Program-made: the position numbers and the translations under genes
The notes under the pieces: model-generated
The model's database searches: none
What the model was told of the DNA's origin: nothing
Seen by the model: the letters and a program-made list of their open reading frames with translations, nothing else
Shown: positions 1 to 13,894 of the stretch, piece by piece
Layout: the number at the start of each line of letters is the position of its first letter
How positions within the stretch are numbered: the first letter of the stretch is position 1
NCBI GenBank assembly: GCA_964247055.1
Contig: OZ176055.1
Coordinates: forward strand, 1,860,001-1,924,000
Direction: 5' to 3'
Length of the DNA: 64,000 nucleotides
DNA from: Paragordius varius
Taxonomy: Eukaryota; Animalia; Nematomorpha

Positions 1-729
1 CGGTTTATGTAGGTGTAGGACAATATCATAATTTGATAATAATTGGGGTTTAAATATTAGAAAGCATTTATGCCATATTAACCAAATAATTTGATTTGAC
101 ATTTAGCTTTATCAAAAATTCGAAACTAAGGCGCACGGGCGATGTTATGGACTTTTCCGAATTAACTTTTATTTATTATATGATCATAACTTTTTTAATT
201 CATTGAAAAATTCTCGTATATTTTTGATTTTTTTCGGTCACAATTAATCATACATTAATTTTCTTTTGTATTTTATTTTATTCGTTTTTGCTAATAAATC
301 CTAATGATAATATTATAAAACATCATGCGGTCAATTTGAGAATGCTACACTAATCAAACTGTCTTCTTAATTGTGGAATGGGTATTACTTTATGCCGGAA
401 AATTTTCCCAACATGCTTTTTTATTGCTACCGGTCATATATGGATGCGCTAATGTTTTGAGTTTTTGCTGTGTTTAATTGAAAATGGGTGTTTTGCCAGG
501 CCTGGCCAGACAATATCGCTTAAGGCACATGAACCGCAGATTACCGACATTTTGTGTAAACCACCTATAAAACACCTTATTGAAAAAAAAAACTTATATT
601 AAAATAGCAATAAATGTTTCATATATTCAACAACATTTCCTGAAATTGTTGTAAGGTATTAATATCATAAAACGGTATATGCATTATGCTGTTATTGATT
701 ATCATTTATTATTACAACACTTAAACTGT

Positions 730-1950
730 TCTTTGTGTGCGGTATTGCTACAGTCGAGGTCGACTTTTTGCAATATTGTGAATAAAACTTGTCCATACCT
801 TGCGATTTTTAGTTTTAATGTTGTGTTCTGCCAAGGTTGCATTGGTTTTTTGTATAAAAATGATCCACCTTATCCTTCTTTAGACCCTTTTACGTGTGCC
901 ACTAACTTATCCAACATCAAGGATTTTTCCAGTTATTTGGATTTCATAATGTCGCCAAAGTAGGATAGTTTGGTGCAGATGGACATACCAAGCAATGACA
1001 TATCGGGATCGATTTTATTTAAAATTGTGTTGTTAGTTATTTTATCCCTCCATTTGCAAGAGTTTTCCCACACCAGTCTTCACACCCTTAGAGGAAAATT
1101 GGAAAAATGATTGCATACTTAAGTCAAATTTTTGTTTTGAAGCTGACATCATGGGGATGCCCAAATTTTGTGTTAATTATTTGCGGCCGTTTTGGCCATG
1201 GCTATCCTTCGTTTTATCTCGGTACAATTACTATCAGCATGTATTAAGCTCCCAAGATATGTGTAACTTTTGACTGTTTCAATAGAGCTTCCGTTAACGA
1301 TTATTGAATTTGCAATCGGGTTAATTTGTATTATCTTTATTTCTGATAGATTAATTAATCTATAGCCCATATTTTTGACACTCATCTACAAAATGTTGCA
1401 GTATGAGAGTCAATGAGTTTGGATTGTTTGTGAAGATAACCGTATCTGCCAAGTGAATAGAAGTTAGATCAGAGCCTCCGACCTGGACGCCGAATTCGGG
1501 TATGTTTCTCATTATGCATTTGAGATATGCAAACAAAATAAGCAGTCCTAACGTAACCCCACATTCCTCAGGCCGATATCAGTTAACCCATGATGGAAAG
1601 AATAGCAGAACTTGAGTAAATTGAGAATTTTATATTAAATAAATGAGTTGTTGGATGGAATCAAAAGCATTTAAAGCAAAGCACATATGTATGTGTTTTT
1701 CCTTGGCTATCATATATCTACTTAGCCCTTTTCGGAAACCACCCTGAGTAAGTGATATTTTTGGTTCTAAAATAGATTGAAGGCGTTTTTGAATGATTTT
1801 TAAGAAGAATTTACACATTTGATTAGTTAGAGAAATTGTCCTATAATTGTTACGCATTTCGGGATATCCTTTTTTAGAATAGGTATCAAAATAGATTTAC
1901 CATTTTTTTGTCAATGCCTCCCGCCTCCATTTTTTTTCTGATTGGGTTAT
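730..1950 (-). mobile_element. Decayed RTE-clade LINE (RT region and 3' end)
   Basis: Broken frames give NYRTISLTN..KIIQKRL..QGGFRKG, GVQVGGSDLTSIHLADT (decayed FADD), TYLGSLI..EIKRRIAMAK and KLSYFGDIM..LEKSLM..AKSRPRL. There are many stops and frameshifts. Confidence 0.8.
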
Positions 1951-2537
1951 AAGCTTTATAAATATTTATCTAGTCAAATAGTTATCCAAGATGGTTTTAT
2001 CTTAACTTTTGAGCTTTAAACATTTCAACCGTTTATTTGAGCTTTTTCGCTGGCTAATTTATTAAAATGCCTGCTCAATCTTCATTCACATGACCTAAAG
2101 TTCTTATATTTTGGAGTCCGCTAATCCTTTTAATTATAAAAATTCATAATATAATATGCGCCTAAAAAATATACTGCATGTTGTTGAATTTGCGCTGATG
2201 TCATAGATATTATTGAGATATGTGAATTTGAAATCGGTTTGGGGACTACCATAAAGCTTATAAAATTATAATGTTAGTTTAGTTTGGACTGTTTTATTTT
2301 AGAGATTCACAAATTGTTTTTTCTTTTTTAAAGGATATATTTTGTAAATGATAATTTTTGGGACAGATTTATTTGTAATAAAAGTTAGTAATGATTAATA
2401 TCCTAAGTTTTTTAAACCATAAGACAACATGTTATACGTTTTATCGGACTTGTATAGTATATTAATAATTTTTGTAAACAAATTTTAATCATGATATTTT
2501 ACAACACTCCCAAAATATTTCTTTATTATACGTATAG

Positions 2538-5500
2538 TTTCAAAACACGAAATTGAAGATTGGTATTCCATTTAATATCAATGCATGTAGGTATAGAAGC
2601 TTTATGAAAGAATGCCCAAAGGGAAGATTGGAAAAGAAAGTAGTAATCTTCAGTTTTATTTTTTAAATTATTTCCTTTTTAATTGAAAACTTGCATTTGA
2701 ATTTTTACAGCCATATCATGGCTGAATATACATAAAAGAGGTTTGTGCCTCCAATGTTTGGGGTTTAAATGTGTGTTCGGTCACACAAACATGTGTTAAA
2801 GAGCCGTTTTGCCTGATAGCTATTAAAGGCATATGGATATTCAGCTGTTTAACGTATTTGGCTTTGCATATATTTTTTATAAATGACGTTTGATTCCCAA
2901 ATTTTTTCGGATTCTGGAGCTCATTATTAAATCTATATAAAAAATTTATGACACCCATAAGATATACCCTTGAATTGACAATCTATGCATATAATTAATA
3001 GTAAAAAATTAAATGCCAAAGCAGCTTTATAAAGTGTTTCGATTTTTCCTCTGCAGATTTTTAATTATCATCAAAAAAATCTTTTAATTTTTATTTAAAT
3101 CTATATTTTATATGTCAATTTAGGCTTTTCAAAAAATGTATCAACAATTTTTCCCAGATGGAGATCCTAGCCAGTTCTCAGCTATTATATTTGATCTATT
3201 TGATCACAACAAAGTACATATAATTTTGTTCCGTAAAACTATTATTTTCAAAATTTATTTAATTTACATACAGGATGGTAAATTAAATTTTCGGGAATTT
3301 CTCATATCACTCTCTACGCTTTCACGGGGAACTATGGAAGAAAAGCTAGAATGTAAGATTTTAAATCTTTTTAGCTTAAAGTTATAATATTGTGACTTTT
3401 TAAGCTATAAAGCCTAACTCCTTTAAAACTGGAAAATATTGCTAAAAATTAAAATTTATAATTTTTGTATTAGTAAATATGGTTAGATAATCCCATTACC
3501 TTTCAGAATCCAAGTAAAACTTGGGAAATCGTTTATGGAGAGAATATAAATATAAAAAATTTATTTTAGAACTTGACTGTATGATTAATTAATGAAATTA
3601 GTAATATAGCCTAGGAAAATTAAATATATATGCAATTTAGCTTTAAATCAAACAAGAATTGAGGGATCAAAATCTAATATTTACTAATTTCATAAGAGTT
3701 ATTTATGGTGAAAAATATTAATTGAACCATTAGTTTTAAATAAAGAGCCTATATTTCCAATTTAACCAAATTTATTCATAACATTTTATATGAAGAGAAA
3801 AATATTACGTGATATTGATAGCAAAACCAAAAGTTTTTTCTTAAATCAAATAATTTAAATTAGTTTTTATATATTAACTAGCGTAAATATCGTGCTACTA
3901 CGCATCCCGAGGAAGTCTTTTGGACTTCTGATGGGGGGTGGGGGGCTATTTGAAAAAAGGGATCAATTAAATGCTCCATATATGTGGATTATTTTGAAAC
4001 ATTATTTAATAGCTATCATCTCATAGGATTTTGACTAAGATATTGTTTAGTGGTGTAAAGGCCCCAAATTGACGGCTAACGGAAAAAACGCTATACCATA
4101 ATTTTTACCTTTTTATGTGTAGTATTAATAGCCTTTATTAAATATGGCTTCTTAAATTTTTTTAAAATTAGCTCCAAAGCCACGCCATTTTTGTATGGTG
4201 TATCAGTTATAAACCGGTAGACCCCTACCCATAGGCCCATATGAATTAAATTTTTGCCTGTATAGGGAAACTATTTGGAATCATCTTTGAGACCATCGTC
4301 TCATGGGTTATTCGAATAAATAGCTCAACACTATAATAATCGTTATGTGAGGCGTATTTTTAGGGCATAAAGGCCCCAAATTAAAGGCTAACAAAAATGG
4401 CCTGACCTTAATTTTTATTTAGTTACTGGTAACATTTCGAACTTTATATGAGCTCATATGGCATAAGTTTTCTTTAAATTATTTCCAAAACAATCCAATG
4501 TCTAAGTCATGCAGTTTTTGGCGGGTAGCTTCTTACCCAGAGGCAGGTATGAGCATCGGGCAAAATTTCTGTCTTTCTATAGGGAATATCTGATATTATA
4601 ATATCCATCCTATAAGTTCTCGGAAATATTGCTTCAAAACTAAAAAATTCTTCTATGGTGGAGGTTTTTTCAGGGCGTAAAACTTTTCTCTGCGACTCAT
4701 TGATATATACCCCTATAAAAAATTTATTTTTAAGGGGTAATAAATTTTTTAGGCCCTTATTGAACTCACATGGTCTCATCGGTTTTCTGAAATTTGGCTC
4801 CAAAACATGCTGTATCGATATAGTGGCGCAGTTGTAGGCGGCTAACCCCCTACCCAGAGGCCAATATAAAAAAGACGTTAGATAATATTTTTTGCCTTTA
4901 TATGGGAATATCTAAAATCATCATTCATTCCATATGTCCTTATTAATTTCTAGAAGAATGGCTTCAAAACTAAATAGTGGTTCAATGATAGCGCATTTTT
5001 AGAGCGTAACGGGCCTATTTAACCGCTAATTTAAAACACCACTCAATTTAAACTTTTGCCTACTTATATGGCCTGTTAGATTTTCTGAAAATAACTCCTA
5101 AACAACGCAATTTTGATAGGGTGGCGCAGTTTTAGGCGGGTAGCTCCCAGGCTGATACAAAAAAAGCGCCTGATTAAAAATTTTGCTTTTTTACGGAAAA
5201 TACCTGGAATCATGATTGATTCCATATGCTTCCATTAGTTTTTGGAAAAATTGCCTCAAAATTAAAAAACCATTCCATGGTGGCGCATTATTCAGGGCGA
5301 AAAATCCGCTCGACTAATATTTTTGACTTTTTACGGGTAATACTTTAAGCAGCGAACTCATATGGCCTGATAGGTTTTCTGAAATTTAGTCCCAAAGGCA
5401 CGCTATTTCGATATGACGGGTCAGTTTTTAGCGGTATTTCCTTACCCAGAGCTATCATCAATCAACAGTAATACCTGGAATCCTTATTGAATTTTTACGG

Positions 5501-6485
5501 TCTCATACTTTGGGCGAAAAATAGATTCAAAAAATTATTTTTGTGGACTTGTTATTTATTTGAAAAAATGACATTTTACGGGGAAAGCGGGTAAAAAGAG
5601 GGCCTAAATTAAAGAAGCGAGCCGAATATGTTCGGCGCATTCGAAAATAAGTAAACAAAAATCATATCGGAAATCGAATGGTCCAACATGTTTTCGGGTT
5701 GTCTCAAAGACACGATTTTTGTGGATTTCTGTTTTCAAAAAAAAACCGTTTTTTACACGGGTGGGGCCTAATTCACAAAAGGCGAAGCTATTGTCGGGGC
5801 ATTCATTAATCATTATATTTTTTTGATATTTGGATTTAATGGGACTACCGGTTTTCCGGAAACAGATCACAAAGCCAACCATTTCCATTTTTATAAATGT
5901 ATAGATATCTATATCATGATATACTACATAAAAATCATGTTTGGTAAATTTACGGTCTATAAGATATTTTAAGGTATCAAATTTCCCAACGTGATTCACC
6001 AATCATTTTAGTAATGAGTTTTTTTCGCAGAATTCCTAAATTAAACTACATTTTTAGCTCGAATCCGATGCCCTATGAAATATATTTAAGTCTAACACAT
6101 TATTTTTTAATGGTATAATCATTTTATGGCAGGGGCTTTTCACATGTACGATATTAATGGTGACAACATTATAACTTCGGAAGAGATGAAATCCATCCTT
6201 ACCTCCATTCACAATATGATTGGGAAAACAGGCACACAAAAAGAAGAATTTTTACAAAAAATTGATTCGATTTTCCATGATATCGATGAGGTTTGCCGAT
6301 ATTGCATAAGTGTAATTTGTACAAAAATTTAAATAGCGCATAAAAATTCATAATTACCATAATATTTTGAACGGAATATAATTTTTTTCTAGAATCACGA
6401 TGGACAACTTACAAAAACAGAATTTATTCAGTATTGCAAAAAGGACCCACAAGTACTTGAAGCTATGTCTATCCGATTCGATTAG
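2538..6485 (+). CDS. Neuronal calcium sensor (NCS-1/frequenin/neurocalcin family) EF-hand protein, 5' coding exon missing
   Basis: Exons 2538-2562, 2591-2639 (or 2642), 3124-3213, 3274-3352, 6133-6290, 6393-6485, all GT-AG and in frame. Protein: FSKHEIEDWYRSFMKECPKGRLEKKAFQKMYQQFFPDGDPSQFSAIIFDLFDHNKDGKLNFREFLISLSTLSRGTMEEKLEWAFHMYDINGDNIITSEEM...DIDENHDGQLTKTEFIQYCKKDPQVLEAMSIRFD*. It has the CPxG inactive EF1, FFPxGD, three EF loops and SRGxxEEKLxWAF. No MG... first exon was found, so it probably lies upstream of the window. Confidence 0.9.
3878..5905 (-). mobile_element. Non-autonomous Helitron-like element, copy 1, in an NCS intron
   Basis: On the minus strand it starts A|TCTATACATTTATAAAAATGG and ends with a short hairpin plus CTAG|T. 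It has internal degenerate ~150/300-bp repeats and is colinear with 32510-34477. Confidence 0.75.
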
Positions 6486-7860
6486 TATAAATGAAATTTG
6501 GATTACATTATTTCTGAAGCTCAAAAAAGATTAAATCTCACCACCCATTTTTACTCTCCATACTAATTTTATTTATAATAAAAAGTATTTATATGAATAT
6601 TTGTTATAATTGATTTCTTTTTAATCTTTCGATATTTCAGGCCACAAATAAAAGCGAATTGTTAATTATGCCTGATTCATAGGTGTTTTTTATATTACAA
6701 AAAAGAATTAATTATTTCATCTTTTAAATAATTATATGTGCTTTAATATTACTATAATAATTTAGTTTTATTCTTTAAATTATAATGGCCTAGAAAATCT
6801 TTATCACTTGCGCCTCCCATGGGACGATGTGCGTCTTTAACCATAAAAATATGTGGACTATTTTACATTTTAATTTAAGAATTTGGTTGGTCATTAATGT
6901 AATAAATATGGCGGCGGACGAAATAGCTTTTTAAATTTTTTATTAAAAAAGCGAGCAATTAAGAAAATTGAATTCTATATTTTTTAGGTTTTACTAAACA
7001 AAATTTCACAAAAGATATTTCAAACATCTTTCTCTCGTGACAATATTGTTTTCGTGAAATGGCATTGGCCATAATTACTAATTCAATTACGACTTTATTA
7101 AATTACTTTTTATATATTGGTATGGTTATCCCAACAATATTAAATGTCGTAAAATTACACATTATTACATGAATGGTATATCTTATAAATTATTTAAAAA
7201 TTAATTCATAAAGCTTGAAATGTTAAATTTTGTTGCAGGTAAGAAAAAAAATTTAAAATATATTCTTTATCATACAATTTATTAGATAAATATATATTGT
7301 TGTAATTAAAAGTATCGTCGAAAATAAACGGGTAAATTCTTATGCCTGAACGTTTTTAAAATTGACTTTAAAATACAGATAATATTTATAACCTTTAAGG
7401 TACATAACTTACCTCATATTTTTAACAGCCAAATACTTTATAATATCTCGTTAATTCGATCGAAGAAAGCTGGTATATAAATATATTTTAAATGCATTGT
7501 ATTATAAATGGCATTTTGTTCTATAAATTTAAAGTCAACTCTTAGTTTTAATTGGTGGAAATTTAAATTTAAAACTTTTGGAAGTTGCAAAAGTGTAAAT
7601 AAAATAATTTATCCAATAAATATTATAAGCAAGAAATAGTTTGTTACAAGTTTAAATCTTTACGAAAAAAGCATAGATAAGTACAGTATGAGTAAAAATT
7701 AATTGCTCAAAATGTCTATAAATTTAAATTCACCCTTAAATAAATTATATGTTTTATAAAAAAATTACCTATATTTTAATATATTTTAAAAATACTATGC
7801 CACAAAAATATATTTCATATTAAAAGAGTTATATTAGTTCGAAAATACATAATTATTTTT

Positions 7861-7944
7861 AGGGTGAATTTGAATCGTTCAAGGTTGAATTTGAATTATT
7901 AGAGGGTGAATTTGAATTGATCAAGGATGAATTTGAACTGTATA
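7861..7944. repeat. Minisatellite, four copies of 21 bp (AGGGTGAATTTGAA core), part of a foldback-like repeat
   Basis: The four units are directly visible. An inverted core lies at ~7765-7780 and related sequence at ~35690-35780. Confidence 0.75.
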
Positions 7945-10604
7945 TGGTAATACTCCAATATGACAAAGTATGCTTTATACCCAAAGAGTGGTTTTACATA
8001 ATTCACAGAAGGAAGCAAGTCTGTTATGAAATGTTACATTAAGGGTTTAAAAAACATAGCTTGTAAATTTGTGGTATTTTTGAGATTTAGTATTAATTGG
8101 GGTAACGTTACGTTTGGGAAAAACCTCAACTTACTATAAGTCATATTTTCTATCAGTAAAAAAATATTAATAATTTTTGATTTGGGTCGGTTGACTTAGT
8201 AACCATCATTTACCTTAACTATTACGAGCAAGGAATATTTGATTATTATTTAAAACTAAACTATCCAGAATTTTTGGCATATATTTTTTAACTGCCATTC
8301 TTGTAAATTTAAAATTTATTTCGTTAAAGTACATAATTAGTATATCTGAAAAGAAAATTGGTCTAGCATGTAAGAATTTTTTTATATTAGAGTTTATCGA
8401 TATTGGCCCCGATTTAACATTAAACTCGAAATTGCGAAAACTAAAAGCTTTAGATATGAAGCCATGTACTTTATATCATTCGAAAGAGCGCAAAAAACTG
8501 CATCTTTTAAATGGTAGTAAGTCATTTAAATCAATCGGATGTAAAAGTTATTTGGATTTAAATGGTCGAAATTTTCAATCCTTAAATAAATCAAGAATTT
8601 TCACAGGACTAATTTGAAAATCAAATAATTTATATTAATATAATTATTAGGGTTATATTTGTATTTAATTAAAAAAAATGTTTGAAAAAGCTTTTGGTTT
8701 GCTTTTTTAATAAAAATTGTTATTATCATAAATATTTGCTTAGTGGATACTAAAATGCATAGTTATAACTGTAAATTTATAATATAATGGCTATAAAAGA
8801 TCAAAAATACCTCAAACTTTGTTTTTATCTTTAAAATTTCGAAATTATCAGCATCGTAAAGAAAATAAATTAATATTGATGAGATGGTAATTTTTAAAAC
8901 ACAAAAAACTCAAAAATGGCTGTTTTGAGTGACATAAAAGCAATAAAAAATGTTTTAATCAAATAAACTTTCTTGTGTTATTTTTTGGACATTCATCACC
9001 ATATAAACAAAGTTTGAGCTATTTTCATCCATTAGTTTTAAAAATATAATAATTAAAAAAATGCACTCGCTTCACGCGTTTGTCGCTCTTTGTGTCCAAT
9101 ATTACCTGTCGATGTAATACATATTAGTATGTCTTTGATAGAGTTTTTATTACTCTTTCGAATGATATATTACAAATGGGCATTAGATGTATATTTTCAA
9201 AGAAAAACATTTTTTAGTAAAATTTTGATAAAGAGGGCGCATAATCAAAGAATCAAATTATACAAAATTATTCCATCGAGTTATAATTTTTTCAGATTTA
9301 CTGTTAAAATGATACTAAATATCAGAAAATGCAAAAAACTCGAGTGGCAGAAAAATTTGTTGTCCAGTGTAATAGTTATATCTTTCAAAACTAAATTTCC
9401 AACGGTGGATGATTTAAACTAACTATGGGTATAATTAAATAGAACGATTATATTACATTAGGTATGATACTTTTAAGATTATCCACTTGTCTACAGCGGT
9501 CTATTGTAACACTCCTGTTAATTACTGCAAAATTTAATTATTTTATGTAATCCGTTTTGCACATTAAAGACTAATTTAATATTAAATATGTATTACACTA
9601 CTATTCAAATTTCTTTTTTGGTTTGTTAAGATAATGTATAATAAATCTTATTTTCGAATTTGTTTTAACTATATGGGTATAATATATTATTTTTTAATTT
9701 TTTTTTTAAATAAAAATGATATTTAAAAGATTTTGCCATCTATTTTGACTATTTTAGTCAATTTTTATCAAGATATATCTTTCCGATAAATAAGCGATCG
9801 GCGTATGACGATAACATCAAAGAGATCAAAAATTTTAAATTCGTCATCACACCTAAAAATATTTCTATCGTTTGTTTCAAAAAAAATGACATCAAAATTA
9901 AAATTTATTATAGCGATGACATTATTCTCACCATCAAATCTAATCAATAATTCTATACCTACCTATTGATTTTTCTACCAATATACATATATATAGTTTC
10001 AGGTCCAAACTTAGCGAAAATCTTATCTTATTATATGATTAGGCGCTAAAAATGGGTTTATTGCATATGATGAATTTTCAAATTTTAATATTTAATAAAA
10101 CAAAAGAATATATGGTAACAGGAAATATTTTGGTTTCCGTTATTCATATTTTGAAAAAAATTGGGTGCTAGGAAATGGTTCTGATTTCAAAGATTTTGTG
10201 CTAAAAATGTTTATGGTTAATGCATATTAATTAAATCTTTTAGAATTTATTTTAAGAAAGAAAAAAATAATTGTTTTTTGCTAATACAATTAAACTTCTC
10301 CCACAAACTCCTTCACCTTTCATACACAATAGTGTATGGAATAAATGATACACTGTGTTTACGATAAAATAAATTTTATGTAACAATTTGATTATAATAA
10401 TATATTTGGTAGGTAAGTTAAAAATATTTTAACTCAAAATCGTAAGTTCAATTGTAATTATGTCACTAAGTGTGTTTAGACATTTAAACATTTGGATCTT
10501 TCAAAGAAGCCCTTAAATTTTATAATAAATTTCATTTTGTTGTTATTATACATGCTAACACCTATAAATCAGACATTTACGATTTATATATATTAGAAAT
10601 TAAA

Positions 10605-10777
10605 TGATGGTATAGTAGATAGGGCGCCGGACTTTAACACTGCGTGCCTGAGTTCGAACCCCGAAACTACGCATTTTTTCCATCATCACTGTCAGCCCTG
10701 GGCAGGCGAGTGTTAAAGCCTTCACATGTCCGGATACAATTTAAGTCCTTACCCTTTAATAAAAAAAGGAAAAAAGA
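10605..10777 (+). mobile_element. tRNA-derived SINE
   Basis: A-box-like TGGTATAGTAG, B-box GAGTTCGAACC at tRNA-like spacing, ~110 nt of unrelated body, then an A-rich tail (AATAAAAAAAGGAAAAAAAG). No complete cloverleaf. Confidence 0.7.
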
Positions 10778-11464
10778 GACTCTAAACTGTATATTTATTT
10801 AGAAATTAAAGGTTCATCAAAAAGAGACTACTCTTAAAAGTTAGTTTTAGGTTTAGATCCACATTCAAAGTTTTTTCTGATAATTTCAGCAACAAATTTT
10901 TGACAAAATCTTGATATACAGTAAAAGTCGAAATTATACCTACAAAACGTGAAAATATAATCACATATATTTTTTGTCAAAAGAGCGCTGCACCATTTAA
11001 AACTTGATTTTCATTATTTAAAATATAAAGTAGGAAATAGAGATGTAAATTAGTAACTTAATCAATTATGTCTGTAATTTACAATTATTTTTAAATAAAT
11101 TACGTAGGAAAAAATAAGGATTAACAAACAAATAATTGTGTAAAAAGTATTTATCTTTATTTTTTGTGTTTTGTCTGTATAATTTTAATTCTTACTCTAT
11201 CTATTTATCCGTTTGATAGCGAATATTGCCTTAATTTATAGTATGCATTTTGATGGTTGCTTAAAACAATTTATTCCTTTCTTATTTTTTACACACTACT
11301 ATGTTTCAAATTGCCCAACTATAGCAACCATTCAATGCATTCTGTATATGAGAATTTTTGAAGTCTATAATAGTAATTATGTTCTCATTGAAACACAAAT
11401 GCACATAGAACATGTTAATAAAAGTTTTTTAAATAAATATGTAATTTTGTCCATCATTAATTAA

Positions 11465-12037
11465 CACTTGGATACAACACATTCATTTTAGTCCTTCGAT
11501 TCAAATTGGGTAGTTAAATACCCCAGGCCTGTTTAAAATTAAATTTTTTAAAAAATATGGAAGGAATTGAAACCATGGCAAAATTTTGCACTTATATAAC
11601 ATTAATAAACCGAAATATATAAAAAATTTTAATAAAAAATACTTTTACTTATTTTAAGCTAAAACCGAAAGGTAAAATTTAGTCAACCTGACATGTTTGC
11701 AATAGTAAAATCATAAAATTATACAAACACCGCTTTTTCTATTTCTATCAATGTTAGATGTAATTCAAATAGAAAATTAAATTTAATTCTACCCTTAAAA
11801 TTAAATGAGGATGATATTTTGCAAAAATTTTGTAGAATAAAAATGGCGTCGAAATAGTTTGACATAAGACTTTTTTTTCAAAACAAAATTTTATTTAGAT
11901 ATTTGGGCATATTAATAAAATTTTTATTGGGATAGAAGCATAAATTTAAATTGGGACCGTTTCCTTCAGTAGTTTTTTAAAAATCCTAATTCAAATTTAG
12001 TCTGGGGTATTTAGATACCCCAAATTGAATCGAATTG
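11465..12037. mobile_element. TTAA-specific (piggyBac-like) MITE, dispersed copy
   Basis: TTAA|CACTTGGATACAACAC..TTCGATTCAAATTGGG..TACCCCAG at the left and inverted CTGGGGTATTTAGATACCCCAAATTGAATCGAA at the right. It is homologous, in opposite orientation, to 60418-60996. Confidence 0.75.
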
Positions 12038-13296
12038 TTATTTTTAGAATATTGAATATATAAATATTGCTAAATTAATTGTAGCATAATTAAAGTCGTA
12101 AATCAAAAATTTATATTAAAATAACCATCATTATAATATAAGAGCAAATATTTTAGTTTTGAATCTTTATAAACTGGGAATATACCATGAAAGTTATTCA
12201 AAACAGGTTTCTACATTTCTATAAATTATTAATAATGATTATAAATTAATATTTATATATATGTATTTTAATAATGTTATCTATATATAGCCAGGAGGTA
12301 TATGTGTGGGTGTGATCTTAAATTTTTTCTAATCCAAAAAATGGGAAATTTTTTAAAGATGAAAGCAAAGAGAAAATAATTAATTAAAAACACATAATAA
12401 ATATAAATTAAAATCGTCGTGTTGTGTGTCATGCCTTTTTTTGTTTTATATATAAATATTATTATTAGGATTGAGTGTGACAGGGATTTTTTTCTACCAT
12501 TTTTTACTCCGAGATAAGGTAAAATTGAATAAAGGCGTTATTATCATTATCTAAAACATGAGGAAATCATTAATATTTATTAATTATAAAATATTCAATA
12601 ATAAAATAATTCAAAATGGATAAAATTATAATTGAATGACTGACGACACATAATAGATAAATTTATTTGAATCTTTTTTTATTTTTACACTTCAAGAAGC
12701 TTTTTTCAATTTTTTATAACCAATAAAATTGAGCAATGAATTGCGAAATTTGGCCGAATGATTTCACTGAGCAAAAAATGTCCAAACTTTTGAATTTTAT
12801 GTGCAAAATTCTATTTTCTCGTGATTGGTTATATATTAAAGGGGAATCTTTAAGTTCATTGAAGTTATGGCCGTACTAAACTGAATATATAAAAAACAAT
12901 CGTTAAAACATTGCGCATTATAATTTTATAACCAATAATTTTTTTTAGATTGTAATAAGTTTAAAAACAATATGGTTTTTTTAGAAATGATTTTTTATTG
13001 GGCAAAAAATGTAATTAATGAACAAATGAATTGTCAAAAGAGATCGTATTCTGGCAGAATAATATATCAAAATAATTTTACGATCTCCTATAATTGTCCA
13101 TTCTAATAAGGAAGTATTGTTTTAATAAACATAAGGTTAAAATAAGAACAGATAATTCTTCAAACACTCATGCTAATTATCAAATATATTTGAATCCATA
13201 TATTAAAAATTAACACGGCTTTTTCAATTTTTAACCATGATTGAATTTAATCTAGCGATTATAAACATATTAAAAAAAAAGGCCATAATTATTTTG

Positions 13297-13513
13297 CAGA
13301 GGCGTAGCTGAGGGGAAGAAAATGGAGGACTCCTCTAAAATTATTAAATTTCATTTTAAAAAAATAGGTATTTAAAAGTTATTATTTTAAATGAGTGGTC
13401 ATTTCCACGGTTTAAATTTGATTTTTTTTCCAAAATGCAAGGGGTTACATGGGGGGGAGGGGGGCGGCATCAAGATTCATGCACGGGCGTCAGAAATGCA
13501 AATTAGGCCTCTG
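13297..13513. mobile_element. hAT-family MITE (217 bp)
   Basis: Ends CAGAGGC and GCCTCTG; flanks TTATTTTG and TCATTTTG match at 7 of 8 bases (TSD); GC-rich island in AT-rich DNA. Confidence 0.65.
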
Positions 13514-13860
13514 TCATTTTGGGCTAACTTTAAAAATTTCATGCCATTGATCAGCACACGAATGTTAATATAATTTTATGGAATCGATAACTGAGCAATC
13601 AAATAATTATTAATCCTCCCAAATCATTTTAATCAAAATTAAATTCGTGATTATTACTTTGGGATTATTGTAAAACTTTGGAATTTAATTATGTAACTCT
13701 AGATGTCTATTATATGAAATTTATATTTATATTATAAATTAAAAGATAGTAATTGTTTTAATTATCTTCAAGATTATCCAATATAGCAGTAATGTATGTT
13801 GACAACCAAATAAGCACACATTGGAATTAATAGGTGCATGTTTAAAAACTTATAGCTAGC

Positions 13861-13894
<34 letters not shown>

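Noticed and set aside
105-200. Frame IKNSKLRRTGDVMDFSELTF resembling the NSKL start of NCS proteins
   Set aside because: There is no upstream ATG-GGN and no GT donor at the required phase-1 position, so it is treated as coincidence.
4507-6002. ORFs 4507-4803, 4655-4837 and 5604-6002
   Set aside because: They lie within or straddle the Helitron-like repeat, have no protein motifs, and the frames are not kept in the second copy.
10605-10680. Functional tRNA gene
   Set aside because: A and B boxes are present but the acceptor stem does not pair, and it continues into a SINE-like body and A tail.
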